DNA of 63,716 bases, filler included, from Olpidium bornovanus S191 (Eukaryota; Fungi; Olpidiomycota): the NCBI GenBank assembly GCA_017911155.1. It is 30 parts of 30 records of this genome, joined end to end, with 100 filler letters (N's around TTAATTAATTAA, not from the genome) between each part and the next. Parts side by side here need not be neighbours in the genome. Positions count along the whole stretch, not along the records: positions 9,589 to 14,884 come from JAEFCI010003296.1; positions 14,985 to 17,217 come from JAEFCI010001159.1; positions 17,318 to 18,600 come from JAEFCI010005601.1; positions 18,701 to 21,284 come from JAEFCI010013262.1; positions 21,385 to 23,831 come from JAEFCI010007653.1; positions 23,932 to 25,478 come from JAEFCI010006110.1; 24 more parts are not named here. One strand, 5' to 3'. Positions 11,936 to 24,130 of the stretch are shown here, piece by piece. The translations under genes and the position numbers were made by a program. Under the pieces are notes generated by a model. It searched no databases and was not told the origin of the DNA. It saw only the letters and a list, made by a program, of their open reading frames with translations. Within the stretch, counting starts at the first letter, position 1. The number at the start of each line of letters is the position of its first letter.

Positions 11936-14450
11936 ATGAATTGCAGCCTCGGCCCCTCGCTCGCCGCGCGCGCTGCTGACCCTCCGCAGGCTGTGCTGGC
12001 CGCCCTTGCGCGGGTGTGCGCCAGGCCGAGGCACGACTGGCTGGCCGCGTGCCTCGCCGACGCGACTGTGCGGCTCGGCGGCGTCTCGGCGGCTCTTGCC
12101 GACCTTGTCCTCCGGCGCTTCCTGGAGGCCGACCTTTCGGAGAGTTCGGAGGCCGTGCAGGAGCTTTCGGACTTTCGGCACATCCACGACGAGCAGGTCG
12201 CCGTCGCCGCCCCCGTGTTGCTGCAGGTCGCGTCGGTCCTGGAGGTCGGTGCACCTGCCATGGCTGTCCTCGACGCATTGGAGCAGCGCGTGGAAAGCGC
12301 CAAGCGGAAAGCGAGGCAGGCCGACGCCGGGATCACTTTACGGACACACGCCTGCGAGGAAGACCAGCAGCCCGCGGCGATCCCGAGGAGGATGCTGAAA
12401 GTTTTCCTCACCGACGGATACGAGACGGTGCAGGCAATGGAGTACAGGCCTCTCAACAACCTTGATCTCCTCACGCCCTCAGGCGCCAAGGTCGGCACAT
12501 TCTGCGGGTGGCGCGAGTTCTCTAGGGCCTGCGCTCCTTCACGGAGAAATTTTGACGGCTGTCTGGCGTTGGCAGGTCTTAGTAGCCAACGCCCGAGTTT
12601 TGCGTGGAGTGTTGATTTTGGAGCCGAGGAATATCCGACTAGTTTGGGATGGAAGAGGACCGAACCATAACGAGGAAGCAGTCCAGCAATCGGTGATCCG
12701 GAGACTGAAGGAATTGCTGAAGTTAGTTCAACAGCATCCCATGCTCGTCAGTTTAATGGAATGGTGTCCAAAATGGGCCCCGTATTCAGTATTCCGATTG
12801 AGGAAGATGACAATCTGGTAGGATCGAACCTCCAGCTGTACCGCAAACAGGAAATCCGGATTCAACAGCGTTACAAGCCAACGACTCGATGTCCCGCGCC
12901 GGTGGTCCAAGCCGTTCTGGGGAAAAGGGCCCTGCTACCCAACATGAAGTCGATTCCCACAACGGGTCTACAATGGAGGGTAGCGGAGAACCGGAGGTCC
13001 CACCGACCCGGAGCCGGCGAAGCTTCCAAACTGACGGAGTTGGATCTCAAGGGCTAACGGCGATGCCTCTTTCGGTGCCGCCGCCAACGACATATAACGA
13101 GCAAGTTGACGACATATCGGACGCCCAGTTTGACGTACTCTTGCGTTCCGTAAATGTGGATGGCCGGTCGGACTTGTGCAAAGCCGCCCATCGACCGTCG
13201 ATACAGCCGCAAGCAGCTTGCTTGCCGTCGGCTATAATCAACCCATCTGGACGTCCGGCCTACCCTCCGTTAAGCGCGTCAACACCTTCCCGTATATTTC
13301 CTTCGTCAACGTTTGCGCCTCGACCAGAACCTGGGACACCGGCGAATCCGGTCGAATTGAATGATGAGGAAGATGTGGTAGTCGGCTCGACTCCAAATGG
13401 TACGATCTGGGATTATCCTGTCACCAAAGCCAAAGCCCGGGAGAACCGTCAACTTATTGTTCTTGGATCTAAAGCTGCAGCCGGAGAGCGAGTGGGTTTG
13501 GGCAAACGGAAACTGTCTGCCTCCACCGGCAACCTTAAACTGATCATACCGCTGCGAGACCTCGACAAAGCGGTGCGTGCAAGAGCGGATAATGTGACCG
13601 TCAAGGTGCGTATTTGTCTCTTCCCGGCAGTACGAGCCTTGTTCGATTACCTGCTCACGCAAGCATTCTTCCTCTCCCTGGGCACCGGGACGCGCCGGCG
13701 ATCCTGCTGCAGGCGGCGGTGGCGAGTCTTTTAAAGTTCCAGTTCAAGTCCTCCACTGGAGTGTTTTCGCTCAAAGTCCTGCTTGCCGACGGGAACAACG
13801 GGGAATGCACTCGAGAAGCGATGCTTTCCAGCCAGGTACGCTGGCAACGACGGATATTTTTTCGTGGTGTACGCAGTATCGTCGGAAACCATAAAGCGGC
13901 ACGCCCCTTGTTCCATCGCCTCTGCAGTCTGGTTTATAATTTCATTTCCTCGTTTTCTTCCCCCTTGTTCCCTATGCTGCATCCCGTTCAGCTGATTTCG
14001 GGCGTCATGGAGCTCTCTCCCTCCGAATTCCGGGATCTCACCAAAAAGGAGGGCAGCTCATCCGGAGTAACCCAGGTGAGCATTCCTTCCTTGGTAACAA
14101 AGATCGAAAAGGAGGTTACTTCTACCAACTGCGACTGAAGGCTAAAAATGCCGATCACTTTTTTGTTTTCCGCTCACCTGACTCGTGCGTTGCAATGGTG
14201 GTTTGATTACTCCTCTTTTTCGTCCGGTATCCGGGAAAAGTTGCTGGCGACGCTGCGAAGGCGGCTGACCGGCCTGGCAGGCATGTTCGTGCTGGACAGC
14301 AGCCCCTGTTGGCGGGAAGCCTCCGCCTCTGGCAACGACCAGCTGCCCGCAACTCAGAGCGGCGAGTCGAGGTTGCCTATAGTGTTGGAAGTGCTTCCGG
14401 CGGAAGCTTGGGAAGCATTGCCCAGGAATCCTGGGATCACGGCAGGGTGA
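11936..14450 (+). CDS. RMI1: RecQ-mediated genome instability protein 1, multi-exon
   Basis: N-terminal DWLAACL..FLEADLSES, VLLQVASVLEVG, IPRRMLKVFLTDG..VQAMEYRPL..LTPSGAKV and VLRGVLILEPRNI; C-terminal OB-fold pieces VASLLKFQF..FSLKVLLADG and LTGLAGMFVL..LPIVLEV. Confidence 0.85.
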
Positions 14451-15018
14451 GAACACGACACGGCCGGCCAATTTGATAGAGATAGCGGAAACGGCCGGCG
14501 GAAAAGAAAGGCGTCTTTTCCGCGCCGATTTTTTCGAAAGGGCAAAGTGAGCTTCCATGAGTATACGTCTTTCCGAGTCGAGAGTTGGTCAAACGCGGGA
14601 AAGTCGCGTGGGGCGGGTGCAGAAGGCTGCCCGCCAGCTGGTGCAGCTTTCTACGTGCCGCGTGGGGGCCGGTGAGGCGCGCGCGCGCTAACAAAAAGCC
14701 CGCCCGACAAACACCCCGCACACGCGCACGCGCGGGCCGCGCTTTAGTCACACGCATGCTCGGTGATCGGTTTGTCTGACGCTCATTTTACGTGGGCATT
14801 ATGCCAAAGATGTCGGGCGGTTTTTTTTTTTTGTTTTTTTTTTTTTTTTTTTTTTTTTGTTACGCGCGACGTGCCGCGCAGGCCNNNNNNNNNNNNNNNN
14901 NNNNNNNNNNNNNNNNNNNNNNNNNNNNTTAATTAATTAANNNNNNNNNNNNNNNNNNNNNNNNNNNNNNNNNNNNNNNNNNNNCATGCCAAGTTTTATA
15001 GTGAAATTTTTTCCGCAG

Positions 15019-17217
15019 CCGTGCGGCGATTTCGAGAGGAGCACCCGATATTGAGAGCGAAACTTTTCAGGAACGAGAGAATTGTTGACGCGGACATCGA
15101 GGGGTTCGTCGACCGCCAGCCTCGCCCAGATTCTCGCCGGGATTGGAGAAGGCGAAGCAGCGATGGAAATTTGGATGAAGGGCTCGCGGATGACGACTTG
15201 CCACTGTTTTACTCCGAAATATTGCTCGGGGGTGAAGGCGTAGCCGAGCAGTTATGGGACCACGTTCAACGTTACATATCGGAGGCGGACCCGGTGTCAG
15301 CGCCATTCAAAGTATTTTTGGCGTGCCGCGAAGGCGGCAGCGCGTGCGACTGGGCCGACGCCTCGTCGGACGCGAATGGCGACGTCTGCATACACGTTGC
15401 ATTTGTGGCATCGACGGGGTTCGCAGACGACGTGACCTTGACGTGGGCGGCGCGGCAAGTCCTCGCTCTCTACAGCAGAGCGGTGCGGGCCCACGAGCGA
15501 GCTGTGCCAGAAGTTGTTCGGGGCAAATACGCCCACGACGGGCTAGGCGATCTTGGCCGCCAGCAGCTGGAGCAGTATGAGACCCCGGAGGGGACGTACG
15601 GCTTCCTCGACTTTGCCTTCGACGAGTCCCACGATGTCTCGCAGCGTCCCGTGCGGCAGCAGCTCGCTTACTGGCGGACACAATTGTCCGAGACGAGCCA
15701 GGAGATTGTCGACGCCCGCAAGCGCGCGGAACTCGAATCCCAGATTCGCCGCCTCACCGCCCAGCGCAACGGATGCCTCCTCCAGCGCGACTCGGTGCTG
15801 AAGCGGCGGCCCGATCTCGACGCGCAGCTCGAAGACTTACGGACGCAGCGGCGGCGCATCGACGAGCAGGCCAGCGATGTCAGCTCCGTCGCCTACGCTG
15901 ACAGCGTGACCGGCGAGAACATAGTCATCTCTATGCAGGCAAAGCAGGCGCTCATCAAGGCCGTTCTCGGCGAAGAGGCGGCGGAGGAGAATATCGACAA
16001 GTTCCTGGAGAAGCACCAGGTACCCAAGGAAACCCGGGAAAAAATCTGCGCCGAGAAAATGAGCGTCGAGTCGTTCATCGCGCTCGACGATCGGGTTCTC
16101 ACGGAGCGCGGAATCATTATGACAAAGGACCGACGCCAGATCATGGCGTTGTCCGACTTCGTGCGAAACCGCGTGCGGGAGTGCCTCCAGGAGCAGACTC
16201 GCGTGAAGTACACCCTGGAGCGGAAGATCTTGAAGCTGCAGCGAGAAGTCGAACAGGCTGTCGACGACCTCAAGCGTAATCAAGACCAGCTGGACGATGT
16301 GGAGGACAAGGTCATAAAGGTTTACAACGAGCTGAACCCACCGGTCGTCGAGATGATCATTCCACAGCTCTCGCTGCTGGGGATCGGCGCTTACAACTCC
16401 CTTGAAAAGAAGGCAGCCGAAGTGGGATCGAGTAAACGTCAGCTGCATGGGTTCATTCCTGTTCGTATGGAGAAGGAATCCGTGGACAAACTGCGGTATT
16501 ACTACCGCGACTTCAAAGCGGAGAGGCATCGGCTGAGGCACGCACAGAGAAAAAAAGACGCCGCACTTTACCAGGAGCCAGCAGTAGCGGACGGAGGCGG
16601 CATCTCTGCCTCTTCAGCGGTCGGAGATGACGACGCAGAGGAGGTCTCGAGTGGCGACGAGAGCAGCGACCCTTCAGACTACGAGTTTGTGGCCAACATG
16701 CCGAACAAGTCCATGGAAGCCATATGTCTGGCCGCATTTTCGATTCTGCTCAAACATATCACTGGAACGGAAAAGTTTATTATCGGGGACTCTATGTCAT
16801 TCCGCCGACGGTATGACGCCGCCGGAGCATGTGCCGGGCCGCTGACAAATACGCTGCCAATCAAGGTAGATTTGTCCAGCGCGACGATGACGTTTCAGTC
16901 CCTGCTGGCGAACATGGTCAAAACGCTTAGAGACGGCAAAAAGAACGGCTACAGTTGTCCGCTGCCGCTAATCGCCCGGCGCCTCGATCGGCCGGAACTG
17001 ACACTGCCGGTGCGGTTCCAGTACATCGTGGAAAAGGAGCAGGAACACTGGTGCTCCCTCGGCCTCTCCATCGGCGACTTAGTCGCAATCCCGGCCGACG
17101 CGCAGGACCGGGAAGCGGAGACCGCGTCGCGGGACCCGACCATCCCGCCGATGCAACGCGTGTGGGCGCAGAACAAGCAGGAGGACTTCGAGCTGAAGCT
17201 GGTGCTGGTCGAGCATG
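15019..17217 (+). CDS. NRPS-type condensation-domain protein with degenerate active site and coiled-coil/SAM-like insert, partial
   Basis: One exon of about 730 codons. C-domain motifs: EEHPILRAKL, QLAYWRTQL, ICLAAFSILLKHITGTEKFIIG, GPLTNTLPIKVDLSSATMTFQSLL, DFELKLVL. Confidence 0.75.
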
Positions 17218-17318
17218 NNNNNNNNNNNNNNNNNNNNNNNNNNNNNNNNNNNNNNNNNNNNTTAATTAATTAANNNNNNNNNNNNNNNNNNNNNNNNNNN
17301 NNNNNNNNNNNNNNNNNC

Positions 17319-18541
17319 CACAACATACCTCGTCCTTCTTCAAGTGCATAAAGTAAAAATGGGGAATCCCACTCTGCGCGTATTTCTCTGCCGCTGCAAG
17401 AAGTGACGCTGGGCAGGACTTCTCCGACGTATTCCATGACAAACTGTCCGTTGGTAAAGGAATTGAAAATGAACCGGCCGGTATTAATTTCAAACACGCC
17501 TCGGGGACAACGGAAGTGAATGCGCACGCACCTCTTAAGGTCCGTGCCAGCAACAAGTCCGAACCCTTTTTTTTCGTCTTCAACAATTTTACGTTTGCCT
17601 AGTTCTTTCGCTGAAATCTGAAGTTATTTGTGCGTGTTTCACGAGCCCGCAGTTAGTAGGCAGGACGCGACGGCGTTCCCCATCTCGTCCTGGCAGGGTT
17701 TCGCTTCTCGTAGAAACCCTGTCCGCACAAAAACGACAAATGGTTTTCGTACATTCTGTTCATACATAATGTCCCGCAGGGACCGTCGACGCATTCACTG
17801 TATAGCTGGCGGTTGAAGCACCGATTGCCTGCGCGTCGGGATCCAGTGTGGCATTTTTTATCGAAATTCGGCGTTGTCGTACGTCCCCGTCGCAACCAAA
17901 TCGCCTTTAGCTACTAGCCCTAGACTTCCGCGCTCTTTATTTTTTAGCTCCGGCTTGCAGTCGCACGGGTAAGGCGTGACGGCGGTCAGCTACCCGCTGG
18001 CGCCGTATATGTAATCATTCTCTGTAACGTCCGTGTAGGTGCTCCTCGCCTCATCCTCAAGGGTCGCAAACCCAGGGGCCGGTCCAAGCAGCGTCAGCGG
18101 CGTTTTCGGGCCGGAGGTCGGCGGCGGCAGCAGTGTGGTGGTTGTGTTTTTGTGGTGTGGTGGGGCTTTTGAGAGCCATCCTTTTTGCATTTGGCGGAGC
18201 CTGAGCCGAAGACGCGGAGGTGGTGTCGGCGGCCGGGGACCGCGGTGATTCGTGTGATACTTCGGGGCGCCCGCTGTCGCGCGGGCTCCTCTGCGAAGCA
18301 AACACCGGCGTGACCAGACTGCGAAATAGGCGAGGGTGCAGCGGCGAGGCTGGCGAGAGGAAGGAGGGTGAGGGGAAAACACAGCGGTGACAGGAACAGC
18401 GAGACTGGGGCCAGCCGGCGCGAGGCGGTGGTTGGGCCACGGAGGGGCGGGCAGCAAAGGTCGAGAGCAGGAGCGGCTCCATGCGGGGGCAAAAGTGGAC
18501 CTCCCGTCTGTTGACTCGGTGGAGCTACGAAAATCTGGCAA
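17319..18541 (-). CDS. SET2: SET2/ASH1-family H3K36 methyltransferase (AWS + SET start), partial, with apparent frameshift
   Basis: EDEARSTYTDVTENDY, CFNRQLYSECVDGPCGTLCMNR, KKGFGLVAGTDLK, GQFVMEYVGEVL and KYAQSGIPHFYFMHLKKDE. Confidence 0.8.
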
Positions 18542-19065
18542 ACGGGAGTTTTCCGCTAGAGAGGCGCAAGGGAACAGGAGGAGGGGCGGAAGACGGGCGG
18601 NNNNNNNNNNNNNNNNNNNNNNNNNNNNNNNNNNNNNNNNNNNNTTAATTAATTAANNNNNNNNNNNNNNNNNNNNNNNNNNNNNNNNNNNNNNNNNNNN
18701 CATGGTGGCTCTCCGGAACCGGGGCTCCCGCTGGGCGGGACTCAGCATTATGGCGCAGAAGCTTCCAATTTTGCTCATCAACGAGGACTAGGTGCGCTGC
18801 GAGGTGGGCGGGGACCGGAAGAAAGAAAAAGGCGGAAAAAGGCTGCGGCGCAACCTGCCGCGCGAGCGCGCCTCCCCGGAAAAAAAAAAAAAAAAAAAAA
18901 ATACCCCGCAACCCGCAACCGCGCAAATACACGCCCGCGCGCACGGAAGGCCTCGCTACGCCAAAGAGAGCGCGGCTTGCTCGCATTGCCTTCTCGTCCG
19001 CCACGCCCCTCTTGCTCCACAGAAACCGCGCGCGGAGAGGAAGCGGAGAAGCGCTTGGCCCTTTG

Positions 19066-19092
19066 CTCTCTCTCTCTCTCTCTCTCTCTCTC
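19066..19092. repeat. (CT)n microsatellite within a pyrimidine-rich tract
   Basis: Direct reading. Confidence 0.9.
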
Positions 19093-19441
19093 CGCACTTG
19101 CTCTTCTATCTCTTCTCTCTCTTCTCTCTTCTCTCGCCTCTCTCTCTTCTCTCTCGCCCCCTCTCCTCTTTCTCTTCTTCTCTCGCCGTCTCTCGCCGTC
19201 TCGCCCTCTCCCCCATCCCCCGTTCGACCGGCCTTCCGACCCTCTCCGCGGGCACGACGGAGCGCGCCCCTGCGCGCGCCACCCGCCGCGCCCTTCTCCC
19301 CTCCGATCCTGCCGCTCTCCTCCACCTCCCGCGCCGTCTGCCGCAACGGGCCCGACTAGGCTCGCTCTTCACCCACCCCCCGCGTCCCCCGCGCCCCACC
19401 GTCGCTGCCCTCTGACACCTCCCCCTCACTCTCACCACGCC

Positions 19442-21284
19442 ATGCGTGCAGCCCAGGTTGTTGCCGAAGGGGACAACGCAGCGCCCAGCGCACTCGCTGG
19501 CCTGCCTGAGAGCGCGGACGCTGGAAGCGCCGGCGGCGCATGCGGTGGTATGGGAGAAACGGGAGAGGACGGCGGCATCCCGTCCGCGGAGCAAGTTGAG
19601 GCCGAGGGGACGAGCAGCGACGCGCCGGAGTCGCCTGACGGCGTGGGCCTGTCGACCGCTGACCGGCGCGAGGCGGACCGCGTTCTCGCCAAGCGCGCTG
19701 TTGGCGACGCCGTCGAGTGTCACGTCCGGTTGGAGGCGCTCTCCGGTGCGGAATGCAGAGAAACATCGGTTCGTTTCTGTCGGCTCGGGAAGCCTGCCGT
19801 CAAAGTCTGCACCCGGACCAACCGCTCCTGCTGCGGTCTTTTTTTTCGCAGGAAATGCTGGACAAGATTCCCGACCGCGAACACTTGGTGAGCAAGTTTG
19901 AAGTGCAGAGCGTCGAAGGTGGCTCGAGCGGAGACTCGTCACGTCTCGATGACGTAAACGGCCCTGCCGTGTTGGCCACGCCGGACCGCTCGGAAGGAGC
20001 AGACCAACAAAACGAGGAGGAAGGACGGGGAAACGACGAAGAAGAAATCAGAGCAAAACATGTGGACCCTAAAAAATGGAGGGGTTGCCACCACAGGACG
20101 TGCGACCGTTGCGGTTACCGCAGTTATGACATTTCAAAGCAGCGAGCGCGCAAACCAAAGGACGATGATGTCGTGAGGGAAGAGCTCCTTTACTGCCAAA
20201 CATGCGCCGCCTCGTATCACCCGACCTGCAGCTTCCCTTGGAACAAGTCGGCCGAGGCCGACTCCTTCCGGTGCAAAACTTGTATCAAAGATCCACCGCG
20301 ATGCCTGGTCTGCGCTGATCCGCCGGCATCCGTTGAGGATCCTCTTTTTCGGTGTTCAAAATGCGCCCTCGTGTCGCACGACGAGTGCCTACATAAACTT
20401 ACCGACGACGAAGATCAGCCTAATTACAGGAAGGATTGGCACTGTCCGTACTGCGTGATATGGACAGACCCTGTTGACAGGGTTCTCACCTACAGGGACA
20501 GTCGTTTCGACCCGGAGCACGGCATCGATGTATTGAGTCTGCACCAGCTGTCGGGGAGCCCGTCTGAGCCAGAGTGCCCGTCCGGCGAATGGAGAGAGTA
20601 CCTGGTGAAATTCAAGAACCGCTCGTACCGCGACGTGGAATGGGTTCCTTCCCGTTGGCTTGTTGGCACGGTCAGCCGCGCGATGCTCAAGAACTTTTGG
20701 ACGGCGTGCGAGGGCCCTGTGCCTGAGGACGAGGCGTTCTCCGAGGCGTACACGCGAATCGATATTGTCCTGTGTATCCGTGACGAGGATGGAGACGAGA
20801 CGGAGGACCCGGAAATAGAGCCGGATCAGATCAGCGCGGTATACGTGAAGTGGAAAAAGCTTCCTTACGATGAGGGTATGTACGTTTCCGTCGCTGCAAT
20901 TCCGCGTCGCCTTTGGGATTACCGCCGGCGTAACGACCAGATGTACGCCTAGCCAACTGGACCGAGCCTCCAGACGAGGACGAGCCCGAGTATGCCAATT
21001 TCTTGAGTGCTTTCGAGCGGTACAAGAAGGCGTTGGGAGTAGGCAAGCCGAAACGCAGTGTGCAGTTGAATTCAAGAATGTTTAAGGAGCTGGTGGATCA
21101 ACCGCGCAGTGTGGAGGGCGGCAGTCTTATGCCTCATCAGATGGAAGGATTAAAGTAGGTTACTGCGTTTGATTGCGCGTCGGAGTTCGCGACTGTTCAG
21201 ACGCCTTACTTCGCCTATTATATGATTAGCTGGCTTCTGTATAAATACTACTCAAACGATCCTTGCATCTTGGCAGATGACATG
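19442..21284 (+). CDS. CHD3/Mi-2/Mit1-like chromatin remodeler (PHD-like fingers, two chromodomains, start of SNF2 ATPase), partial
   Basis: Cys/His clusters (CDRC, YCQTCAASYHPTC, CSKCALVSHDECL, WHCPYC), EYLVKFKNRSYRDVEWVP, VYVKWKKLPYDE, GGSLMPHQMEGL and WLLYKYYSNDPCILADDM. Confidence 0.9.
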
Positions 21285-21919
21285 NNNNNNNNNNNNNNNN
21301 NNNNNNNNNNNNNNNNNNNNNNNNNNNNTTAATTAATTAANNNNNNNNNNNNNNNNNNNNNNNNNNNNNNNNNNNNNNNNNNNNCATGCTGCGAACGGCA
21401 ACAAAATTGGCGCATCCAGGAGAATTTTGCAAATTCCGCGCGCTGGAGTGGAAGATGTCTCGAGCAGCCTCAGCGATTTAGGGCTAAAAGTGTGGCAATG
21501 TTGTCCAGAGCAGTTCCACTGTCGTGTTTTGAAGGGATTCTTGTTAAAACAAAAAAAAAACAAACAAAAAAAAGAAAGGGCCTCGGCGTCGCTTGTGAGA
21601 TCTCCTTCGCCCAACCCGCGCTCGGTCGCCTCGCTGCCGCACTTCGGGACGACAACAGCCCCTCTAATAACACCAGTTCCCGTGCGCCCGAAGTGGCGGC
21701 CGGAGTGACGGGCCCGTCGACCGAAAAGAACCGGCGCCGTCGCCAACTCCGCAGCGGCCAGGGACTCCTGCAACCTCTGGGCATAACGCCTTCACAATGT
21801 GGGCGATGCGGGCCGCGAGAAGGTGGCGGCTAAACTCAACAATTTTTTTAATGGCCGGGGGCGCGCCTGATGCCCGCGGCTCGACGGATCAACGGATAGT
21901 GGAGTTGATAAAAGTTAAA

Positions 21920-22330
21920 TCAATGTCAACATTATGTCGCTGAATGATTCTGTCCGTCGTGGAGTCCCATATGGAATATCCCCTGTTCCTAAATATCCAA
22001 GGTCAGTCTCTCGCCAAGGGTCGCTAGATTCCCGGCGTCTCGGTTCCTTCTTTCTCCGGCCCGTGCGCATAGAATTCTGATAATTCGGAGGCGCTCAAGA
22101 TTCAGACGTTGGGTGTCATGGAATTCGAAGTGCCGGATCAACCAATTTAAAAGGCAATGGGGAAGCCAGTTCTATAAAATATATCACGGCTTCCCATACT
22201 TCATGCCAGAGCCTCGGCGGGAGGTTGCTCGTGGTCATGACCAAGCAGACTCAGTCCTTAGAGAGTCCTGTCAATACACTTGCCAATGCCGTTCTGCTGT
22301 GGAATCTCACTCTTTCTATGAGCGCCATGG
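21920..22330 (-). mobile_element. Decayed Ty1/copia integrase relic
   Basis: PQQNGIGKCIDRTL, LPPRLWHEVWEAVIY and GYSIWDSTTDRIIQRHNVDID occur in shifting frames with stops. Confidence 0.6.
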
Positions 22331-22526
22331 GCACGCGGTCAGAGCACACAGATCAAACAGCGCGACATCAGCAAGCACAACATCTTAAGAAACTATCTTC
22401 GCACAGAATATGAATTGATACACGCAAAGCATATCGATTACCAATTGTGGGGGTTGGATACGGGCTCGTTTATGCCGACGTGGACGACGTCGTCACTTAT
22501 AAAGATCACCGTAAAGACCCCTCCAC

Positions 22527-22594
22527 GGTCAAGATCACGCCCCGGTCAAGATCACGCCCCGGTCAAGATCACGCCCCGGTTAAAATCACGCCCC
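22527..22594. repeat. 17-bp tandem repeat GGTCAAGATCACGCCCC x4
   Basis: Direct reading; further copies or variants at 22739, 23220-23285 and 23476. Confidence 0.9.
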
Positions 22595-22792
22595 GGCCAC
22601 AATATGCATTATCATTATAGTTTAGTTCAAACTTACCATTACTAATAACGATATTAGTTACTAATGTAAATATTCAATACCACTATTTTACACCCTGCGA
22701 TTATCCACCATAAATTATGCAGTACCAGTAACTCTTCCGGTCAAGATCACGCCCCGGTCGCGATCGCGTTCTCGGGGGGCTTCCAGACTCCG

Positions 22793-23050
22793 CCCTCGCC
22801 TCTGCTCGTTGCGAGCACTGGGCCGGCCGCACGCCGCGTTCGCCTCTGCTCGTTCCGAGCGCGGCGCCGGCCTCGCCCACGCCTCTGTTCCTTCCGAGCG
22901 CGTCACCGGCCCCGCCCTCGCCTCTGCTCGCGCAGAGCGCTTCGCCGGCCCCGCCCTCGCCTCTACTCGCTCCAAGCGCGTCGCTGGCTTCGCCCTTGCC
23001 TCCCGAATAGCCGGAGCGCGCCGTCGCCCCTGCCCTCGCCTCTGCTCGAT
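22793..23050. repeat. About 39-bp degenerate tandem repeat (core GCCCTCGCCTCTGCTCG), 6-7 copies
   Basis: Direct reading of the recurring core at about 39-nt spacing. Confidence 0.8.
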
Positions 23051-23762
23051 TATTCCAGCGGCCTTCCCTACCCTCCCTCTTCTTCCGGCGTTTTTGCGCA
23101 GTTTTTTCTCCCCGCGCCGTAGACACCCCCCGCCCCCATCCCCTTCAAAAGCGCTCCGCCGGTTGAGCTCCTTTTACGCGTCCGACATCGCGCTCCGTCC
23201 AACAACACCGTTCAGGTCAGAAAAGCGCTCCGGCCGAAATCGCGCTCCGGCCGAGATCAGCGCTCCGGCCAAGATCGACGCTCCCAGACTTCGTCCTCAC
23301 CTCTGCTTCGTTCCGTCTCCGCCGATTTTTTTTTTTTGCATCTTCCCCGCCGTAGACCCCCGCCACTCCCCCCCCTTCTCCCCCAGCCCTCTGCCTGTCG
23401 GAGGTCTCCCTCATAGGTCTGCCACGGCGCGCCGTCCTCCTCTCCTTCGCGGCGCGCGTCCGAAGTGACGCGTCCGGTCGAGATCACGCTCCAGCGAAGA
23501 GACGGGCGCCCCGGCCGAGGGCTCCCTCTCGGGCTCGGCAAGCGCGGCGCGCGCGTCAAATTCGTCCTAAGCGCGTGGTTGGTTTTTTGCTCGAGCTCGG
23601 CGGCGCCCTTTGGGCGGAGCCCGCGGGGGCACCCCGGTTGTCAGACTAGCGCAGCGTGTTTATGCGGCGGTAATGAGCTCCGCCACTGGTCCGCCTCCCG
23701 CCCGCAGGCGTTCTGTCCTTTCCCCTGCGTCCGGTCCGCCGCACCGCGTCACCCCCCCCCCG

Positions 23763-23821
<59 letters not shown>

Positions 23822-24130
23822 CCAAAAACCCNNNNNNNNNNNNNNNNNNNNNNNNNNNNNNNNNNNNNNNNNNNNTTAATTAATTAANNNNNNNNNNNNN
23901 NNNNNNNNNNNNNNNNNNNNNNNNNNNNNNNCATGGTGCGCTGACGCTTCGTTTCACCTCCCCTCCTTTACTTTACCGCTTTATTTTACACCCCGCCTCA
24001 CCGAGCGGACCTAACGCCCGTGGTACACCTACATTTGCTCTTTCTTCCTTTGGCATTGTGGACGCTTGGCAGTTTCACGTTTTACTTGTGATCTGAACAA
24101 CAGTCTCCGTGCAATTTCTACGGTATGCAT

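Noticed and set aside
15019-17217. NRPS biosynthetic gene cluster
   Set aside because: Only a degenerate C-domain is present; no A, T or TE domains or tailoring genes are on the contig.
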